A DNA stretch of 64,000 nt from a virus. The notes beneath the pieces are model-generated. The model saw only the letters and a list, made by a program, of their open reading frames with translations, was not told the origin of the DNA and ran no database searches. The stretch is taken from positions 103,402 to 167,401 of the IMG/VR virus record IMGVR_UViG_3300017917_002918, one strand, 5' to 3'. Position 1 is the stretch's first letter, and each line of letters opens with the position of its first letter. Positions 9,750 to 19,787 of the stretch are shown here, piece after piece. A program made the position numbers and the translations under genes.

Positions 9750-10088
9750 TCACTCTCCATTTCCAACTTCTTCGGCGCAAAGTGGTAAATACAAAACTTC
9801 ATTCTTTACATTCGAAGCAAAACTACACCATGAACATCCTTCATTGTATTCCTCACAATCATCTTGAGCACAGCCATCACACCTAAAGCCAACTTGTGCA
9901 GTTGTGTAATATATTTCATTACCTTGCAAATCTACAAATTGACCATCAAGAATATAACTTCCTGCTTCAGCAATTTCTTGCCAAAACTGTGACACTTTTG
10001 TTATATCTACTTTTATTATCAAAACTGGTGATTCCTCAATACTTCTTTCATAAAATTTAATAGTTTTTAACATATTCAAAACCTCCAT
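9750..10088 (-). CDS. hypothetical Cys-rich protein
   Basis: ORF with GGAGG RBS behind a sigma-A promoter. Confidence 0.6.
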   Translation of the reverse strand: MEVLNMLKTIKFYERSIEESPVLIIKVDITKVSQFWQEIAEAGSYILDGQFVDLQGNEIYYTTAQVGFRCDGCAQDDCEEYNEGCSWCSFASNVKNEVLYLPLCAEEVGNGE

Positions 10089-10166
10089 ATATTAATATTT
10101 AACATATAATAATATAATATCAAAAACAACATTATATTGTCAATACAATATTTAAAATTAGTTCTA

Positions 10167-10502
10167 TTAAATATATCCACATTCTTTGAGATCCGAAGCA
10201 TATAGATCACTAAAGACATCTTGAACATAATATGATTCAGATTCTCTATCATAATGCCATAATTTTAAAGGAATTAAATTAATTATACAATAATTAATTA
10301 CTGATACTAAAGCTACAGTTAATCCAGTTACATATACTTCTAAAGATGTCACATCTCTCAAAGCCTTGTGACACATTTCTGATATCGATCCTTCAACGTC
10401 TATCGGATTAATATTATTTCCAAATATAAATTCGTTGATTTTTTCACCATCATTTGTTATAATTTCATGTCTACCTTCGCACAACCCCATTATCTTTTTC
10501 AT
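10167..10502 (-). CDS. hypothetical phage protein
   Basis: GLCEGRH, YVTGLTVAL, LWHYDRE motifs; GGAGG RBS. Confidence 0.7.
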   Translation of the reverse strand: MKKIMGLCEGRHEIITNDGEKINEFIFGNNINPIDVEGSISEMCHKALRDVTSLEVYVTGLTVALVSVINYCIINLIPLKLWHYDRESESYYVQDVFSDLYASDLKECGYI

Positions 10503-10514
10503 AAAATTCCTCCC

Positions 10515-11285
10515 TCACCAAGTATGTTGTCTTTCAATTGTTACTGTGCCATCTGGCATTGCATATTTAATTACTATATCCATATTACACTCTTCGTTTG
10601 CGTCACAACATGACTCGGTAGCTCTGGATAGCTCTTGTTTAATCCCTGTTTGCTTTGCTAATGCAAAAATGGAAGTTCTATGTTGCTCATGTTTATTAGT
10701 TTTAATATTTATCATATCTAAATATGGAGTAACTAGATCCATAAAGTTAACTTGAAACATGTCACCTAAATTTAGACGATTAAAGTCTTCGCCATATTTG
10801 AATTTTGCACAGTTTGCCAAAAAATCACAAGCATTAGTGAATGTTTTAGGACTTACAATTTTAATGGCAGATGCCATTATGTCTTGAACATCAAATGGTT
10901 TTTCAATTTCTTTGATCCATGCTTGATAATGTACATAATCACAACCAACTTGTGAAAAGGTTATATTTAATCTACCTTGAACTAAATCATCTACCAAGCT
11001 ATTAAATGTGTTCATAAAATTCAGTTTTTCCGATCTAGCAAACTCTGCAACTTTTACCAATTCGTCAGGTGGTAATTTAACACCATTTACATCTTTTCCA
11101 TTAACTTTAATTTTACACAGCATAGCTTCATTCTTTAAATCAAATTCGCTTCCATAATAGAATCCATCATTACCATGTTTATTCTCACATCCAGTTGCTT
11201 TGTATTCAAATTCAACTTTATGACCGTTATATTTTCCATTTCTAAATTCAAATACAATTCCAGATTTCTCAAATTTCATATTCAT
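10515..11285 (-). CDS. hypothetical phage protein
   Basis: 256-aa ORF ending CCD..EECNMD...RQHTW; GGAGG RBS. Confidence 0.7.
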   Translation of the reverse strand: MNMKFEKSGIVFEFRNGKYNGHKVEFEYKATGCENKHGNDGFYYGSEFDLKNEAMLCKIKVNGKDVNGVKLPPDELVKVAEFARSEKLNFMNTFNSLVDDLVQGRLNITFSQVGCDYVHYQAWIKEIEKPFDVQDIMASAIKIVSPKTFTNACDFLANCAKFKYGEDFNRLNLGDMFQVNFMDLVTPYLDMINIKTNKHEQHRTSIFALAKQTGIKQELSRATESCCDANEECNMDIVIKYAMPDGTVTIERQHTW

Positions 11286-11414
11286 TTTATTCGCCTCCCA
11301 TATATCTAATAATTAACTTATAATAATATTATAGCATACATTAATTTGTATTGTCAATACATTGTTTAAAATTTTATTAAACTTATTATATCACAAATAC
11401 TGGAATTACAATCA

Positions 11415-11837
11415 TTATTCTTCAGATTCAACATATCTTTGATTTTTAATATTCGTGAGCCACTGTCCCAAAAATCTATTCAACTCTGTTTTGTACTTTG
11501 AAATGAATTTGCCTGATTCGGGATACACCACTTGATAAATGCCCAAATTATCTTGCTGATATGTTAATGCTTCTGCCATCTTAATATCATGATATACGGC
11601 AATTTCCATGTCTGGATCAACCATTAAGTCACCATTTTGCTCATAATAATGTGATAGGCTATATATCTCTGCTTCTTTCTTGTTTATATCTCTAGTCCCC
11701 AATCTCTCGACCACTAAATCCATGAATCCACTAGACTTTAACCGTTTATGGCAATTGTCCTCAAAATCCATCCCTTTAATCAATGGTAATAATTTTTCAT
11801 AATTTACTTCATACACTGTTCTTCTCATAACAATCAT
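11415..11837 (-). CDS. DUF1249/DUF6908-like protein
   Basis: GFMDLVVE, SHYYEQNGDLMVDPDM, LNRFLGQWL.NI. Confidence 0.7.
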   Translation of the reverse strand: MIVMRRTVYEVNYEKLLPLIKGMDFEDNCHKRLKSSGFMDLVVERLGTRDINKKEAEIYSLSHYYEQNGDLMVDPDMEIAVYHDIKMAEALTYQQDNLGIYQVVYPESGKFISKYKTELNRFLGQWLTNIKNQRYVESEE

Positions 11838-11898
11838 CCTTTCACACTCTATAGTAAGCCACTGAGGGCTATTCCGATATTGGTCGAATTACAAAAAT

Positions 11899-12423
11899 CT
11901 AAACACCACTTAAATCAATATCATCTTCAATTTCATATTTCTCTTCCAATTTATTTAAATCGAGTTGAACGTCTTTTCTAGTCTTACAGGTCTCATATAT
12001 AAAATCATATAATTCTTCAGACATTCCGCCTTCGTTTAATTTTATAAGTACAAATCTACCTTTTTCATAATTCATAACACCAACAGTTCTTTCCTTAAAA
12101 TTAATTGTAATATCTTTTTCACCAGCGATTGAAATTGGAAATTGTAAATATGATTTATCATCAAGGCTGAATTTTATTGCAGTTAATAGATTATAACTAC
12201 AAATATCTTTTCCTATACGCTTTCTTACCGTCCAAATAGCGTTTGTGAATTCTAGCAATTTTTCATAGGATTCTTCTTTATTTTCAATAAGGTCAAGCAG
12301 TAAATCTCCAAGTTGCCCATTAATATTTTTTTCCATTTCCGTCCATTCTGTACCTACTTTTTCTAAGCATAAACACCCATCTTCTAATGATTTCCCACAA
12401 TAAGCACAATATAATTTTTTCAT
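11899..12423 (-). CDS. hypothetical protein
   Basis: 174-aa ORF, N-terminal CxxC; GAGGAG RBS. Confidence 0.65.
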   Translation of the reverse strand: MKKLYCAYCGKSLEDGCLCLEKVGTEWTEMEKNINGQLGDLLLDLIENKEESYEKLLEFTNAIWTVRKRIGKDICSYNLLTAIKFSLDDKSYLQFPISIAGEKDITINFKERTVGVMNYEKGRFVLIKLNEGGMSEELYDFIYETCKTRKDVQLDLNKLEEKYEIEDDIDLSGV

Positions 12424-12552
12424 AATAATTTCTCCTCTAATTTCTATTTTTGGTAAATCACTTGATCACAATTAAATATTACCACACTCGCTACTATATT
12501 GTCAATACATTTTATAAAATTATTTTTTAATTATATAGAATGTTTTCTCAAT

Positions 12553-13131
12553 TTACTTAATCACATACGTATTACCTTGTTTACCCTTGATGTGACTCTC
12601 TTTTACCCAAACTACCTTACCACTCTTACATTGTCTATAGTGTCCTCTGCGGTTATGTGGACTCTTTGGTGAGCCTGTAGCATGTTCGTCTCTATTGTGG
12701 TAGTAATACTTCTTTTTCGTAATGTAGATGACTTTAGGTTTCAGCTCATTTGTTTTTGAACCAGATTCCAAATTCCTAGATTTATACACTCTTTCTTTAA
12801 CCTTGTCTAGCAAAGTGTTACTCGATTCTCTCTCAATCACAATAGGTTTGGCATTGATGTAGTCTATAACATACCACACAACTTGCAATACATACTTTGT
12901 GTAGTTTGCTATTTTACAATTTGCTGTTCTAGATGTCCTCAAGCAAAATTGTTTAGGGAATAATTCTGTTGACACATGGTGGTCACAATGTTCAGGACAC
13001 AATACATAGAATCTAGGTAACTTATCAAACTTTATGGACACTGAAGTTATTGTATTCTCTAATGTTTTGTCAAATATTTGTACCGACATTAAGTTGTCAT
13101 CTACTAGTACCCAAACGCCTATGCTATCCAC
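12553..13131 (-). CDS. hypothetical phage protein; RBS separated from GTG start by IS607
   Basis: C-terminal SPHNRRGHYR..GKVVWV motif; removing the IS restores GAGAGGTGG-GA-GTG. Confidence 0.7.
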   Translation of the reverse strand: MDSIGVWVLVDDNLMSVQIFDKTLENTITSVSIKFDKLPRFYVLCPEHCDHHVSTELFPKQFCLRTSRTANCKIANYTKYVLQVVWYVIDYINAKPIVIERESSNTLLDKVKERVYKSRNLESGSKTNELKPKVIYITKKKYYYHNRDEHATGSPKSPHNRRGHYRQCKSGKVVWVKESHIKGKQGNTYVIK

Positions 13132-13133
13132 TC

Positions 13134-13300
13134 CCGTTACAGAAAACTTATAAAAAGTTATAAAAACAACCAAAACATTATAACTTTAATGTTTCTTTCC
13201 TTGTTCATCATGTTCTTTTTCACATTATCGCTAATGCTACTAGAGTTTGTTTAACACTCCAAAGGCTTAATCTCCCCACTAACGTATGGGTACATTATAT
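13134..13300 (-). ncRNA. putative TnpB omegaRNA scaffold (right end of IS607)
   Basis: About 165 nt non-coding between the tnpB stop and the element end, the standard omegaRNA position. Confidence 0.6.
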
Positions 13301-14473
13301 TTACGCTATTTTATATTCATTATAATCTCTTAAATTTAATGAAGCATTATGGTCTCTGTCATGAATTACTCCACAAGAAGGACATATCCATTCTCTATCA
13401 TTTAAATTTAATGCCTTATTTATATATCCACAATCATGACAAGTTTTAGAACTTGGATACCATCGACTCACAACTCTAACTTCAGTGTTATTCCATTTGC
13501 TCTTGTATTGCAATTGTAGTCTAAACTCATATAATGATTGTTGTTGTATTGCTTTTGATAAGTGCTTGTTCTTCATCATACCTTTGATATTCAAGTCTTC
13601 AATTACAATAAAGCTTGGTTTTCGCTTTATTATTTCAGAAGTTACTTGATGATTATAGTTATTCCTAGTTCCATTTAATTTATGTTGTACAGTTTTGATT
13701 TTTTTTTCAAGTTTAATTATATTTTTAGTTTTTACAAACTTTACACCATCTTTGTTTTCTTCATATTTTCTTGACACTTGACGTTGTAATCTTTTCTTTT
13801 GTTTTTCAAGTTTTCTAATCTTATCAGATTTATTTATATTTTTATAAGTTATATTATCTGAGCATATAGCAAGATCTTTAATTCCAACATCAATACCAAT
13901 TCCATCATTTTGAGGTGTTTCAAGATTATCAGGGAATTCAACACCAACACTTATGAACCAATGTAAACCATCGTGAGATACTCTAGGATTTACATATTTA
14001 ACATCTTTCCCGAAAGGAATTCTATTATGTTCAGCTAATCTTACCCAGTTTAATTTCTGCTTGTTTTTCTTGGAACTTTTAGCAAATCCTTCGAATTTAA
14101 CATGTGTAGCGTTAAACTGTATTTTTATATTGTCTTGATAAAATTTGGGTGGAGATTTCTTACGACTTTTAAATTTAGGGAATTTTGCTAATCCTTTAAA
14201 GAATTTTTGATATGCAATACAGGCATCTTTAATTGCTTGTTTTGATACATTATTAGAAGTATCGTTTAGCCACTTAAATTCTTCGATTTTCTTCAATTGT
14301 GTGAACTCTTTTCTTAAATCATTGTCACTTATAAATTTACCACCATTATCATAATTCTCTTTTTCTCTTGCCAGTGCCCAATTATAAGCGAATCTCTTGA
14401 CTCCTGCGTTTTGAAACATTAGTGTATTTTGCTTGTTATTAGGTACTAGCATTACTTTCATTCCCTTTATCAT
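13301..14473 (-). CDS. tnpB: TnpB RNA-guided nuclease
   Basis: RuvC GIDVG, VIEDL, DRDHNAS; Zn ribbon CHDCG..CPSCG. Confidence 0.95.
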   Translation of the reverse strand: MIKGMKVMLVPNNKQNTLMFQNAGVKRFAYNWALAREKENYDNGGKFISDNDLRKEFTQLKKIEEFKWLNDTSNNVSKQAIKDACIAYQKFFKGLAKFPKFKSRKKSPPKFYQDNIKIQFNATHVKFEGFAKSSKKNKQKLNWVRLAEHNRIPFGKDVKYVNPRVSHDGLHWFISVGVEFPDNLETPQNDGIGIDVGIKDLAICSDNITYKNINKSDKIRKLEKQKKRLQRQVSRKYEENKDGVKFVKTKNIIKLEKKIKTVQHKLNGTRNNYNHQVTSEIIKRKPSFIVIEDLNIKGMMKNKHLSKAIQQQSLYEFRLQLQYKSKWNNTEVRVVSRWYPSSKTCHDCGYINKALNLNDREWICPSCGVIHDRDHNASLNLRDYNEYKIA

Positions 14474-15092
14474 CGTTTTCATCTCCTTCCTCAATTAATA
14501 CATCAATCATTTTTCTAGCCTTATTGGCTCTTTTACCCTGCAATCTACAACTAAATACTGTAACTATTTGAATTAAATCTTCTACCAATTCCTGTTGTTC
14601 TGTTTTTTCCGTACTATCTAATATTTCAATTTCACAACCATTTAAATTCGCTATATATTCTACTAATTCGAAACCAAATCTCAAAAGTCTATCTTTATAG
14701 AGAATTACTATTTTATCTATCTCTTTGTTATTTATTTTTTTTAGCAAATCTCTAAGTCCCCTTTTTTTATAATTAATACCACTTCCAATATCAGTTATGA
14801 TATCATAAGGTTTGTTAAGAGAGTCTAGATATCTTGTCATGTTTTCAACTTGTCTAGCTAAGTCGTCTTTTTGCTTGTTTGAAGACACTCTACAATAACC
14901 AATTATTACTTTGGGTTTTGTTGTGTCATCGCTAATATTTAAAACTTCTTTTAATTGTTCATGTGAATAATACCTATATCCACCTGCTCCAGTGTGATTG
15001 GGTTTTAATTTTCCCGAAGAATCCCAATTTCTCAATGTTTGTGGTGTTCTTCCTATAAGTTTGGAAAATTCATGTATGCTATAATACTTCAT
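14439..15092 (-). CDS. tnpA: IS607 serine transposase
   Basis: MerR-like HTH (TLRNWD..G..RYY), YCRVSS catalytic Ser, DRLLRFG. Confidence 0.95.
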   Translation of the reverse strand: MKYYSIHEFSKLIGRTPQTLRNWDSSGKLKPNHTGAGGYRYYSHEQLKEVLNISDDTTKPKVIIGYCRVSSNKQKDDLARQVENMTRYLDSLNKPYDIITDIGSGINYKKRGLRDLLKKINNKEIDKIVILYKDRLLRFGFELVEYIANLNGCEIEILDSTEKTEQQELVEDLIQIVTVFSCRLQGKRANKARKMIDVLIEEGDENDDKGNESNAST

Positions 15093-15938
15093 AATTATCA
15101 CCTCATAAATATATTGTAGCATACATGTTATAATTTGTCAAGTATTTTTATAACTTTTTATAACTTATTTAAAACAGTCGACCACCTCTCATGTTTATAA
15201 TGCAATTATTTAACTTATAAATTAATAATAACATACTTATTATTATTATATTGTCAATATAATTTTATACATTTTTATAAATTAATTTTAATTAATATAA
15301 AGTCCATCTTTTATCGGATAATTTAAAAATACAACTCTTGCAGGACAAGAGTTGTAGGTGTGGGAATTACTGTAATTAATGTGGATGAGATGGATTTGGA
15401 TTAAATTGGAAGTGAAATTTCTAGATTTGTGAGTTATGATTTAGGTCAAAACTTTGCAAAAATAGTAGTACGCAAGAACATAGTAATAGCAAGGTTATTC
15501 ATAATTGTGTTATTATATATCATTGATCTTTAATCCTAACACTACTCTAACACATACGTATCAATGGTTATGGAGTGAAAAACGATAAACATATACTTGT
15601 CCCCTCGTGGTAGTTCAAAGTCAAGTACAGCTTTGCACAGCGTAAATGCCTTGGTGGCATTTCCTCGTAGCATTATAAATGCTCTGTGGCGCATTTATAA
15701 TATATACTATTAACTTTTTCTTTCGTCCGTGGAATCCGATGAATGAAGGAATATAATAAATGGATAATTGCACGAAGTGCAAACCAAGCCCATGGGGCGC
15801 GGTAGAACGATTCTTGCTATTGTTGTATTAAATCCGATACCAATTTTCTATTTTTTCAATTTAACTTAATTTACCCCCTCAAAATAGGAAATTACTATTA
15901 TATAGTGTTTTCCTAAAACAGGGGGGTAAATTAAAAAA

Positions 15939-17609
15939 TCATTCAATAAGTTTCATTATTTTCCATGCACTTTTATATTTTTTCTTTTTTCCATCAATAA
16001 TTCTACTGGTTTCAAATTCTTTAATAGTAAAATTACTATTTATTTCATTTAAATAACTGTTGAGTGTATCAATATTTTTCAATAACTTAATATTATTATT
16101 TTTAATATTAGAATTATGTGTATCGATTAAATTTATTTTATTTATTAATTCATTCCTATCTTTTGATTCTAACATTACGTGACCGACTATAGAATCAAGA
16201 TATTGTTCAAGACTTTCTAATTCTTCGTTGTCATAAGTATTAGCTATCCAATTATTTTCCATATATCTTCCTCCAATCCATGATAACTGCTCACGAATAA
16301 AAACATTACCATCAATTTCTTTAAATTTCTTTATCATATTTTCGCAAAAATCCTTCAATTTCAAATGTGACAATAAAACCAATCTATTAATTTCCCACTT
16401 TTTGCGTTCTGTTCCTTGTTGTGCCAAATGATCCTCCACAACATAGAATAATCCTTTTGCTAAGTTATGATAGCCTCTATCATACTTCTCAGCAAATTTT
16501 AGTTTATTATCCCTGTACTCTTTTAATTGTCGTTCAGCAGGTTTAATACTAAGATTCAATATTGATTGAAACGTTCGGGCATCTCTTTTCTTTATGTATA
16601 AATTAACTCTATCAGGATTATTAATATCAATTCTTTTCCTACCAAAGAATTGAATGAAATCAACCTTATTAATACTAATTATGACTATGTGTTTAACTCG
16701 TGGATCTTTAATGTTAACTCCATTATCTAATGCTTTAGTTGCAATTAAACATTTACATTCAAAGAATGATTGTTCAATTATAGTTTCCCTAGTTAATTCA
16801 CACATATGATCTGCATAATTATTATCTTCAGCACAAACAAATTTTGAACCCTTGATCCTGTTTAATAGTGTAATTGCGGTAGTATTAGAGTCAATAAATA
16901 TCAACCATTTGTCACCAGAAGTATCGTTATTAATAGTGTTTATTATGTCATCATTGTGTTTGAAATAGAATGTATCCACATATGAATAATCTCTTCCAGT
17001 TGAATACTCATACAACTTGTGATTCTTGCATTGTTCACTGAAAAATTTAATCACAGAACCCTTCAAATTATCCATTGTTGCAGATATAAAGATAGATATA
17101 ACTTTATTATTATATTTTCTCATATAATCGAAAAAGAATATATCTGTCATTTCATTAAATGATGCATCTTGAAACACATAATGAGCCTCATCAAATACAA
17201 TATAATCGTATTCAAAGGGCTTTTCATAATCAAATATAATCTGTTCATTATTAGGAGTATTGTGTATAGATTTGTTATATTTTGATTGATATAGATCTGT
17301 AGTTATTTTTTGATAGGATGTAACAGTAATAGAACCTAATCCACTCATCTTTCTTAACTCGTCTTTGGGTAGAGTTATGCCATATTCGGCAAATAGATCA
17401 GTCTTGATTTGATCCTTTAGGTTAATACGGTTACATATGTATAGAATTGATTTGTCATTTGATTCAGCATAGTTTTTTAATTTGTTTATTATGAAGTTTG
17501 ATTTACCTGTTCCAGTTTGGGAATCTATAATTATATAGTCTCCTTGATTCCATTGTTTGTATTCTTCACCAATAACTTCTGAAACATATTTTAGATTTAG
17601 TTTAGTCAA
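15939..17609 (-). CDS. SF2 helicase-like protein, possible replication/origin-binding protein
   Basis: SQTGTGKS, DEAH, SAT, DNGVN, QFFGRKR. Confidence 0.75.
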   Translation of the reverse strand: MTKLNLKYVSEVIGEEYKQWNQGDYIIIDSQTGTGKSNFIINKLKNYAESNDKSILYICNRINLKDQIKTDLFAEYGITLPKDELRKMSGLGSITVTSYQKITTDLYQSKYNKSIHNTPNNEQIIFDYEKPFEYDYIVFDEAHYVFQDASFNEMTDIFFFDYMRKYNNKVISIFISATMDNLKGSVIKFFSEQCKNHKLYEYSTGRDYSYVDTFYFKHNDDIINTINNDTSGDKWLIFIDSNTTAITLLNRIKGSKFVCAEDNNYADHMCELTRETIIEQSFFECKCLIATKALDNGVNIKDPRVKHIVIISINKVDFIQFFGRKRIDINNPDRVNLYIKKRDARTFQSILNLSIKPAERQLKEYRDNKLKFAEKYDRGYHNLAKGLFYVVEDHLAQQGTERKKWEINRLVLLSHLKLKDFCENMIKKFKEIDGNVFIREQLSWIGGRYMENNWIANTYDNEELESLEQYLDSIVGHVMLESKDRNELINKINLIDTHNSNIKNNNIKLLKNIDTLNSYLNEINSNFTIKEFETSRIIDGKKKKYKSAWKIMKLIE

Positions 17610-17642
17610 GTGTATTCTCCTTTTTGTTTTACTGTTTAATAG

Positions 17643-17840
17643 TTACGGTTTTTTATTAAGACTCTCCATCATTAATTCTCTTATATTACCTTCTTCGCGA
17701 AATGCAAATACCGTTCTTGCAGGATCATATTTATCAGGCTTGATATCTACAATTGTAAAACCCAGCTTTAATAATTGTCGTGCAAGTCGTGATGTGAAAA
17801 TTAAAATTACTTTTTCGTTATTCAAAGTAACTGAAGCCAT
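17643..17840 (-). CDS. DUF5659-like small protein
   Basis: IFTSRLARQLLKLGF.IVDIKP.K....TVFAF; AAGGAGG RBS. Confidence 0.65.
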   Translation of the reverse strand: MASVTLNNEKVILIFTSRLARQLLKLGFTIVDIKPDKYDPARTVFAFREEGNIRELMMESLNKKP

Positions 17841-18086
17841 TTGTAAATCCTCCTTGTTTGTGTACTTTTTGTTTGAGACATTATAATTTAATTACCTACC
17901 AATCAAATTAACCACTTTCTTCCATATATCTATATAACAAAAATTAGAGAAAAGATTATACTTTCCCCTAATTATAGTATAGCACACTTTTTATAATTTG
18001 TCAAGTGTTTTATGCCCTTGTCATAAATTGATTACATACAAATAAATTCAATTGTCAAGTTTCTAGTTTTTCATATTCCAATGCTA

Positions 18087-18389
18087 TTATCTCCTCAAAT
18101 AATTAATTGAATAAGCATCTGCACAACTTACACCATTGTCTGGAGCATTAACATTACCTCTTGCATGTTTAGCAGGCTTTGCGTAGCAAGCAGGTTTGAA
18201 TATGTCACCAGTTTCTTTGTCTATAAACGCATAAACTGAATCTTGACCATATACAGTTTTGATTACTTTGTAATACTTCTTACCCAATGTTACAGTAAGT
18301 GTTGCAGGGGATGTTGTGTAAACAAGGTCAATCTTCTCTTGTACACCTGCTATAAATTTTTTAACATTATCATATAATTCTGTGTTCAT
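18087..18389 (-). CDS. conserved phage protein
   Basis: GKKYYKV..SVYAFID..TGDIFKPA...PAKHARGN motif. Confidence 0.75.
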   Translation of the reverse strand: MNTELYDNVKKFIAGVQEKIDLVYTTSPATLTVTLGKKYYKVIKTVYGQDSVYAFIDKETGDIFKPACYAKPAKHARGNVNAPDNGVSCADAYSINYLRR

Positions 18390-18546
18390 GATTCATACCT
18401 CCAATATATTAGTAATTATAATTTAATTAATAAACACATTTTAGATGCTACTCGACCTCACACAAGGTCACAGGAGCAATTTATTTTACATTGACGTAAA
18501 TTCATACTATTTATTATGTCGATGGATTATACGGTCAATTATGATT

Positions 18547-19257
18547 CTAGTCACGTTGTGACTTCCTAAATGGTAATAGTAATATATCCTGCATTGATGA
18601 CGTAATGAATACTGGATTAACTGGGCTATTAGCAGGTAAATGTAATGTTAGTGTCTTGTCTGTAATTAAGTCTACAGCATCGATCAATAGCTTTAAGTCA
18701 TATGTGTAATCCGAATGTGGTTGCTGATATTTTCGTGATTCATTTGTGTATTTAACATTTATAGTTGAGTGAATTGGTTCTGAATTTGCAATTAGTGATT
18801 TATCAATTTTCGGTAAATCTAATTCAAATGAAATAGGAATTTCTAGATTTATAATTCTTCCATAATCTGAAATTTCTGAATTTTCAATTTCTAGATTTAC
18901 AAGTTTTCTTGATTTTCTGTGTACCTTGTTTAGTTGCTTCAGATTATCTTGTAACATTGTTAATAGTTCTCGCTTGTCAAAGGTAATTTGGAATGGATTA
19001 CCTGTGTCTAGATTAGCCTTGACATTTATTATAGTGTAGTTCATAAGGCTTTGCATTTCCTTGTCCTCAATTCGGGTATAGTCATTCTTTGTGTTATCCT
19101 TATAGCACATAGCCATCATGAATCTATTGGATGCAATGTAGTATGACTCAGACTCATGTACATGTTGTAACATCGGGAGCTTGGGATCTTCTACTGTTAT
19201 TTTGCTTAGTTTCTTGATCATACGATCGTGTGCTGTTCTGTTAGTGTTATTTGTCAT
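18547..19257 (-). CDS. hypothetical protein, possibly a divergent beta-clamp-like fold
   Basis: ASNRFMM and YDLKLLIDAV...P.NPVFI...ILLLPFR resemble DnaN ATD..RL and FN..YL.D.L...P......LLMPVR. Confidence 0.45.
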   Translation of the reverse strand: MTNNTNRTAHDRMIKKLSKITVEDPKLPMLQHVHESESYYIASNRFMMAMCYKDNTKNDYTRIEDKEMQSLMNYTIINVKANLDTGNPFQITFDKRELLTMLQDNLKQLNKVHRKSRKLVNLEIENSEISDYGRIINLEIPISFELDLPKIDKSLIANSEPIHSTINVKYTNESRKYQQPHSDYTYDLKLLIDAVDLITDKTLTLHLPANSPVNPVFITSSMQDILLLPFRKSQRD

Positions 19258-19504
19258 TTTCGTTTACCTCCGCAGGTGTAGTAAATACTGGTACTTCTTG
19301 TGATACTGATATTGTTGGATTAGCTGTTTTAGCATAGTGTAATATCTCTTGCTCTATTTCTATTGGTAATGTGTCATAGAACTTCACTTCCCTATCAGCA
19401 GATATATGAGCTATTCTTTTGTAATCACCATGTTGTGTCTCTAGTGAGTTCCAAACTGTAATGCCATTTCCAAAGTGTCCATAACCTAATTTATATTGTG
19501 TCAT
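19247..19504 (-). CDS. hypothetical phage protein
   Basis: GHFGNGITVWN..GDYKRIAHIS motif; GGAGG RBS. Confidence 0.7.
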   Translation of the reverse strand: MTQYKLGYGHFGNGITVWNSLETQHGDYKRIAHISADREVKFYDTLPIEIEQEILHYAKTANPTISVSQEVPVFTTPAEVNENDK

Positions 19505-19787
19505 TGTCGTTTCCTCCTGTTCTTGTTATAAATTTTCCAGTAGAATCACCAAGTACAATTGGTGTTGTCTTTCTCATCTTCTTCTTATACAGTCTACCAT
19601 GTGAGTCCTCAGTTTCAAGTTCCAAAGTCTTGGATGTGACTGCTGTTATGTTAATGATTTTTGCCAAGTAGCCAAAATTATATACTCTGTAATCACCCAC
19701 TTGTGCATATTGTGCTTCTGTAGCAGGACACGAACCAATTGACTGTAACTGTACTGACTTGGTATTTGTCATTGTTATCATCTCCAT
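19491..19787 (-). CDS. hypothetical phage protein
   Basis: 98-aa ORF directly behind a sigma-A promoter. Confidence 0.65.
   Translation of the reverse strand: MEMITMTNTKSVQLQSIGSCPATEAQYAQVGDYRVYNFGYLAKIINITAVTSKTLELETEDSHGRLYKKKMRKTTPIVLGDSTGKFITRTGGNDNDTI

Larger units (their letters stand above)
13134..15183 (-). mobile_element. IS607-family insertion sequence
   Basis: tnpA+tnpB; GG dinucleotide at both junctions; TTATAAAAAGTTATAAAAA subterminal repeats in inverted orientation at both ends. Confidence 0.9.

Noticed and set aside
13134-15183. IStron (IS607 fused to a group I intron)
   Set aside because: Only about 90 nt between the left end and tnpA start, with no group I core motifs
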